From assembly GCF_000013905.1 (NCBI RefSeq), contig NC_007969.1:450001-482000 (forward strand): a stretch of DNA of 32,000 nt, written 5' to 3'. The notes beneath the pieces were generated by a model. That model had not been told where the DNA came from and searched no databases. It was given only the letters and a program-made list of their open reading frames with translations. How positions within the stretch are numbered: position 1 is the first letter of the stretch; every line of letters begins with the position of its first letter. Of the stretch, positions 27,882 through 32,000 are shown piece by piece. This stretch comes from Psychrobacter cryohalolentis K5. GTDB taxonomy: Bacteria > Pseudomonadota > Gammaproteobacteria > Pseudomonadales > Moraxellaceae. Made by a program: the position numbers and the translations under genes.

Positions 27882-27906
27882 TGTCCAAGTTTAGGGGGTC
27901 AGTTCA
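27882..27906 (-). repeat. IS3-family right terminal inverted repeat (IRR)
   Basis: See the element entry; it ends with CA. Confidence 0.85.
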
Positions 27907-27923
27907 ATTTAACGGGTTTTTTT
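27907..27923. terminator. Right arm of the IS-split bidirectional terminator
   Basis: The duplicated ATT is followed by TAACGGG and T7, complementary to 26465-26478. Confidence 0.75.
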
Positions 27924-27946
27924 ATGTCTGTGATTTCTATTTTGGA

Positions 27947-28768
27947 TTAACGCAATGCCAAATAAGCAGAGTTGGCATAGCTTGCGCTATTACTGTTGCT
28001 ACTCGTGCCATAACTAACGTTTTGCATGCCACCGCCATTACTGGTATTGGCAGTATTGCTATTATTAGCATTCATCGTATTACCAGATAGCCCTGAATCG
28101 TTTTTATACAGGCTATGATATCGGCTCATCACACTTTTGACATAGTTACGCGTTTCTTTAAACGGTGGAATGCCATTATATTTATCGACGTTACCTTCAC
28201 CTGCATTATAACCCGCGACCGCAAACTCGACGTTGTTGTTAAAGCGGCGCATCAGCCAAGCGATATATTTGGCAGAACCTTCAATATTATCAGCAGGATT
28301 CCAAGGATTGCTCACTTTAAATCGACGTGCTGTAGCTGGCATCAGCTGCATTAAACCCTGCGCACCGACTGGTGAGCGAGCATTGGGATTAAAGGCTGAC
28401 TCAGTATGCATCATGGCTTTCATAAGTCCTGGATCGACACCGTGGCGCTGCGCTGAAGCCAGAATATAGCTATCATAAGAGTTACGAGTACCGCTGCTGC
28501 TTGCAGAGCTGCTCCCATAGTCATTGCTATTACTGCTGCTACCACCATCATACAGACTAGAATCTTTATAATAAGTGACTTTTACTTTTTTAGTAAATTT
28601 ATCAAAATTACCACTGGGATTGACGTTGGTGAGAAGTACTTGTCCGCCTTTGTCTTTATAGATATACATATTGCCTGCTTGAGCAGCGATAGGTAGGCTA
28701 GATAGGGCAACGGCGGTGAGTAAAACGGGAGACAAGCAGCGGGTTATGAAAGGTGCAACATTTATCAT
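27947..28768 (-). CDS. Lytic transglycosylase (SLT domain) with an N-terminal DUF4124-like segment and Ser/Asn-rich low-complexity regions
   Basis: The SLT catalytic block is MMHTESAFNPNARSPVGAQGLMQLMPATA...AGYNAGEGNV. The likely start is Met35 of the ORF (28768), giving the signal peptide MINVAPFITRCLSPVLLTAVALSSLPIAAQA. The N-terminal YIYKDKGGQVLLTN resembles DUF4124. Confidence 0.82.
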   Translation of the reverse strand: MINVAPFITRCLSPVLLTAVALSSLPIAAQAGNMYIYKDKGGQVLLTNVNPSGNFDKFTKKVKVTYYKDSSLYDGGSSSNSNDYGSSSASSSGTRNSYDSYILASAQRHGVDPGLMKAMMHTESAFNPNARSPVGAQGLMQLMPATARRFKVSNPWNPADNIEGSAKYIAWLMRRFNNNVEFAVAGYNAGEGNVDKYNGIPPFKETRNYVKSVMSRYHSLYKNDSGLSGNTMNANNSNTANTSNGGGMQNVSYGTSSNSNSASYANSAYLALR

Positions 28769-29364
28769 AGGGTTATCACTTTTTATCGAGTAGTAGCAAA
28801 TTGCCTTGCTTATGGACGCATTGGTTTGCGCAATAAAGCGGTTATCCTGTCTGCAATATTTCATAGTCACTAAGCTTAAGTACTACAACGCAGAACCACG
28901 GTTAACAAAACCAATTGCAATAGATACAAAAAATAATAGTTGCTTACTATAACATATAATAACTTTTTACTACATCTGATTGACCTGACAAGCTGGTCAA
29001 ACAAACATTTAAATTGTAAAAATTTTTAATAAAATCAATATGGTATTGCAGTGTACCTTATTAAGTACGAGGTCAGAAGTAGCCACAGACCATTTACAGT
29101 AAAGGCAAAATAGAGGAGGGCTATTATCACTAATATTTGCCAAAAAGCATTGAAATGCACGATGAATCTAAATATTCGCAGCTGTACTATAGTGAATTCA
29201 GTATTAAAGCGATACAGCAAGCAGGACTGGGATGAATTTTACGCAGCCTCTGTCGGCGTAGGCACAGCACGCCAGAAAAATTTATACCAGTACTGCGTTG
29301 GAACATAACGTATCTGTTTTATTTGGAATTGACTATAGAATAGCAGTGCTATATTAAAGGACAA

Positions 29365-30054
29365 TTAAGCAGACAGTGCTGTGATAAATATAGGTACCCA
29401 GACAGCAGTGACCAAACCATTCACTGCCAAGCCAAACGCGGCATATCTGCCCGCTGTATGACTGATTTGCCATGCTTCTACGGTGCCGAACGCATGAGCA
29501 ACTAAGCCAAGCGCTAAGCCTTTAGCACGGTCATCTTCAATGCCAATAAATAAGAAACGCGCTAATGTCCCGCCAATGAGGCCTGAAACGATAATAATCA
29601 GGTTTGCCATCGCTAGAGGTGCTTTGATTAAATCTGCGATGCTCAGACCAATCGGCGTGGTCACTGAACGACTGGCAAATGCTAATATCGTATCGTGACT
29701 GAGTGAAAATAGATAGGCTAATGACATCGGTAATAATGCGCCAATCAAACTCGCCATCGCCACAATTAAGACAAGTTTCTTGATAGGTAAACCTTTGAAA
29801 TTCATGGCAGCCAAAGGTATTGCCAATAAGACAGTGACATAACCTAATAGATGGTCAAAAACGGGTTTGGCTACGGCATAATAATGATTGTAATCCCATT
29901 GGAAAATGAATAGAAATATAACGACCAATACTAGTGCGGTAATGACCATCGGTAACCATGAAAGTTTGCGTGCCAATATGCGAGCAATTACATGGGCTGC
30001 TAAAGTCAGTAATATCGCGGTAAAGGTTGCCACAAACACATTATCAAAACTCAT
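29365..30054 (-). CDS. lrgB: LrgB/CidB (YohK) family membrane protein
   Basis: 229 aa and polytopic, with LrgB-like motifs (ASRSVTTPIGLSIA, GLVAHAFGT). It lies 31 nt downstream of an LrgA-like gene. Confidence 0.8.
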   Translation of the reverse strand: MSFDNVFVATFTAILLTLAAHVIARILARKLSWLPMVITALVLVVIFLFIFQWDYNHYYAVAKPVFDHLLGYVTVLLAIPLAAMNFKGLPIKKLVLIVAMASLIGALLPMSLAYLFSLSHDTILAFASRSVTTPIGLSIADLIKAPLAMANLIIIVSGLIGGTLARFLFIGIEDDRAKGLALGLVAHAFGTVEAWQISHTAGRYAAFGLAVNGLVTAVWVPIFITALSA

Positions 30055-30085
30055 AAAATTCCTTTATCCATACCGCTCAAGGCTG

Positions 30086-30529
30086 TCATTTTTGCTCATT
30101 AATGGTAGTGTTGCCGTTCATATCATTATTACGGTTCAGCCAACGATTGGATAACACGGCAAATCCCCAAATCGGTATCAGCGTACTAATCAGTATGGTA
30201 AGCATAAAGCCCCATAGCTCATCTCCTAAAGCAAATAACAGCAAGCCTGCACCGGCTGAAACTGGCAAAAAAGCAAAGCCACTATCGACAAGTAAAGTAT
30301 TACTCGCTTGGGTAAGCCAGCCTGGAATACCTTTGATAAATCGCCAAATCATCAGAATAAAAAACATGGTCAGTAAGCCGACGATATTGGCCGCTTTTTC
30401 AATACCCGCCAACTGACAGACAAATACTGCCGACTCACGCACAGTAACGACAATGGTGAGCGTCAGGAGTAATGCCATCCATAAGGGCATTTTTGAAGAA
30501 TGGGTAGACTTCATAAGCAAGTGGACCAC
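30086..30529 (-). CDS. lrgA: LrgA/CidA (YohJ) family holin-like membrane protein
   Basis: Four predicted TM helices, a size typical of the family, and pairing with lrgB. The start is uncertain: GTG 30529, ATG 30514 or ATG 30490. Confidence 0.72.
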   Translation of the reverse strand: MVHLLMKSTHSSKMPLWMALLLTLTIVVTVRESAVFVCQLAGIEKAANIVGLLTMFFILMIWRFIKGIPGWLTQASNTLLVDSGFAFLPVSAGAGLLLFALGDELWGFMLTILISTLIPIWGFAVLSNRWLNRNNDMNGNTTINEQK

Positions 30530-30731
30530 GTCAGGGATAGATAAAAGAGTAAAAAGATGAGTGAGAGGAGATTCACGAGTGCAGTATATAAAAGATTATA
30601 TATATAGTATCGCAACTAATAAAGCGTATCGGTCAATAGTGACCATATAGTCTGTAAGTAATAAAATCGATACATCGATATATAGCTGTTGCTAATACGA
30701 GTTTCTCTTGTACGCTATGTTGATTCAGCAT

Positions 30732-30767
30732 TAAAAAGGACACTATTAATAAATAGCGTCCTTTTTA
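30732..30767 (-). terminator. Intrinsic terminator after hflX
   Basis: AGGACACTATT-AATAA-AATAGCGTCCT has 11-bp arms with one mismatch. A plus-strand A-run to the left forms the U-tract on the minus transcript, and a T-run lies to the right. Confidence 0.75.
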
Positions 30768-30797
30768 ATTTTATTCAAAGTATGTTAAGTAAATGAC

Positions 30798-32000
30798 TTA
30801 TTTTTGCAAGTCGGATGTTTGAGTATCTTCTATCAGCAAGTCTTCCGCTACTCTCTCAGCTTCAGCATTTAACGCCTCAAATTCAGCAAACGCTTTTTCT
30901 TCAGCATCCGTCATCGTTTGTTCTTCCACATCATCAGGCTGCTCAAACTCTTCAAGTATCGGCATCAGCAATGTTGCTTGCGCTAATGGCAATACATCTA
31001 GAGGCTCTAAGTTGGCTTGACCAAGTAACTGTCTCAGTCTATCGCTTGGCAAGCGAATCGTTAAGCACTCATGACCACTGTCATCATAGCTTTCTTCTTG
31101 AATAACGCCGAGCTCATACAAAGCATTTTTTAACTGCCCTGCGCTATAAGGTAGGGTCAAATCAAAGGTGGTCAGTGTGCCAGTTAGTAATTGCTGCACG
31201 GCCAATGACAACTCTTCCATGCCTAAGTTTTCTCTAGAAGAAACATAGACGCGGTTGGGTTGACCTTCGCTAGCATAACCGATACGTGCAGGCTCATCGG
31301 TCACATCAATCTTGTTGTAGACATTAAGCACAGGCACATCATTATCAATTTCAGCCAGTACATCTTTCACCGCCTGAATTTGCTCATGCATGTCTTCGCT
31401 CGAAGAATCGATGACATGGAGCAATAGGTCTGCTTCAAGTGTCTCTTCTAAGGTCGCATGGAAAGATTCAACCAATTCATGTGGAAGATGACGGACAAAA
31501 CCTACTGTGTCGACCAGTACCACACGTCCTACACCTTGCCAATCTAAGCGGCGTAACGTCGGATCGAGTGTCGCAAACAGTTTGTCGGCCGCATAAATGT
31601 TTTCATCGACCAAGCGATTAAACAAAGTAGACTTACCAGCATTGGTATAACCCACAAGCGAAATAGTCGGTACATCTGATTTTTGACGGCGAGCTCGACC
31701 TTGCGCACGCGTCTGTCTGACTTTTTCGATTCTACTTTTGAGCTGCATGACTCGCACTTGTAGCAAGCGACGATCCGTCTCAAGCTGGGTTTCACCGGGT
31801 CCACGTAGACCAATACCCCCTTTTTGACGTTCCAAATGCGTCCAACCACGTACCAAACGTGTCGACAAATGGTTAAGCTGTGCCAGCTCTACTTGTAGCT
31901 TACCTTCGTAAGTACGTGCACGCTGCGCGAAAATGTCCAAAATCAGACCCGTGCGATCAAGTACGCGGCATTGTACCAAGGCTTCAATGTTACGCTCTTG
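30798..32000 (-). CDS. hflX: GTPase HflX (3' portion; N-terminus lies beyond the window edge)
   Basis: DRTGLILDIFAQRARTYEGKLQVELAQL is the conserved HflX N-domain helix, about 100 aa into E. coli HflX. G motifs are GYTNAGKST, DTVGF and NKID. The frame stays open to position 32000, so the Met at 31979 is not the true start. The C-terminal tail is acidic. Confidence 0.9.
   Translation of the reverse strand, partial: QERNIEALVQCRVLDRTGLILDIFAQRARTYEGKLQVELAQLNHLSTRLVRGWTHLERQKGGIGLRGPGETQLETDRRLLQVRVMQLKSRIEKVRQTRAQGRARRQKSDVPTISLVGYTNAGKSTLFNRLVDENIYAADKLFATLDPTLRRLDWQGVGRVVLVDTVGFVRHLPHELVESFHATLEETLEADLLLHVIDSSSEDMHEQIQAVKDVLAEIDNDVPVLNVYNKIDVTDEPARIGYASEGQPNRVYVSSRENLGMEELSLAVQQLLTGTLTTFDLTLPYSAGQLKNALYELGVIQEESYDDSGHECLTIRLPSDRLRQLLGQANLEPLDVLPLAQATLLMPILEEFEQPDDVEEQTMTDAEEKAFAEFEALNAEAERVAEDLLIEDTQTSDLQK

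Larger units (their letters stand above)
26485..27906 (+). mobile_element. Intact IS3-family insertion sequence (1422 bp by my coordinates) with TG...CA ends, imperfect 25-bp terminal inverted repeats and a 3-bp ATT target duplication
   Basis: IRL is TGAACTGACCCCCATAAGTTGGACA and the reverse complement of IRR is TGAACTGACCCCCTAAACTTGGACA (22 of 25 match). ATT occurs at 26482-26484 and 27907-27909. orfA and orfB are in the 0/-1 frame arrangement with an A6G slippery site. Confidence 0.92.

Noticed and set aside
26485-27906. Considered whether the IS is part of a composite transposon or genomic island
   Set aside because: There is only one copy in the window. The flanks reconstruct a simple intergenic terminator, and the neighbouring genes are housekeeping.
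28115-28469. Plus-strand ORFs antisense to the transglycosylase gene
   Set aside because: These are shadow ORFs within a CDS that has clear SLT catalytic motifs.
28769-28870. 34-aa N-terminal extension of the transglycosylase ORF
   Set aside because: The extension precedes the signal peptide and would make it internal, so Met35 (28768) is the more plausible start. The choice is unverified.
29035-29220. 61-aa minus-strand hydrophobic ORF in the lrgB / transglycosylase gap
   Set aside because: It lies in an AT-rich spacer, and the Phe/Ile/Leu-rich product is what AT-rich noise yields. It has no RBS and overlaps the plus-strand small-ORF candidate, so I cannot support either strongly.
30102-31849. 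ORFs overlapping lrgA and hflX on the opposite strand or in alternative frames (30102-30416, 30815-31105, 31439-31621, 31544-31849)
   Set aside because: They are embedded in confidently assigned genes and carry no independent signals.
1-32000. Scan for tRNA, rRNA, CRISPR arrays, integrase or att sites, and defence-system gene signatures
   Set aside because: I saw no T-loop/acceptor-type tRNA patterns, no regularly spaced direct repeats, and no nuclease/helicase/methylase clusters. This was a by-eye scan only; tRNAscan, Infernal and a CRISPR finder would be decisive.

Overview
This is a chromosomal, mostly housekeeping gammaproteobacterial window. Gene order and protein style look Pseudomonadales/Moraxellaceae-like and by eye resemble Psychrobacter, but that is recognition only, not computed. 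Left to right: ompA-family porin, typA/bipA, mscL, a small exported hypothetical (-), and the minus-strand run mutM, relA, rlmD, a PolB-exonuclease-like DEDD nuclease and cysM. Then come a divergent, unusually long gacS/barA hybrid kinase, a crotonase-family enzyme and a Bcr/CflA-type MFS pump. Next is a five-gene chemotaxis-like phosphorelay operon: a solute-binding lipoprotein, a membrane-anchored HPt + CheA-class ATPase kinase, a CheY-like receiver and two CheX-like phosphatases. It is followed by rpsB-tsf, one intact IS3-family element, a lytic transglycosylase (-), lrgA/lrgB-like genes (-) and the 3' part of hflX (-, running off the window). I saw no tRNA, rRNA or CRISPR array. The best candidate for an undescribed system is the orphan SBP/HPt-kinase/CheY/2xCheX module at 19.6-24.1 kb. 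It has no MCP, CheW, CheR, CheB or output domain in this window. The clearest structural observation is that the IS3 element sits exactly in the loop of the bidirectional terminator shared by tsf and the transglycosylase gene. All family calls come from motif recognition in the supplied translations; no database search was run.
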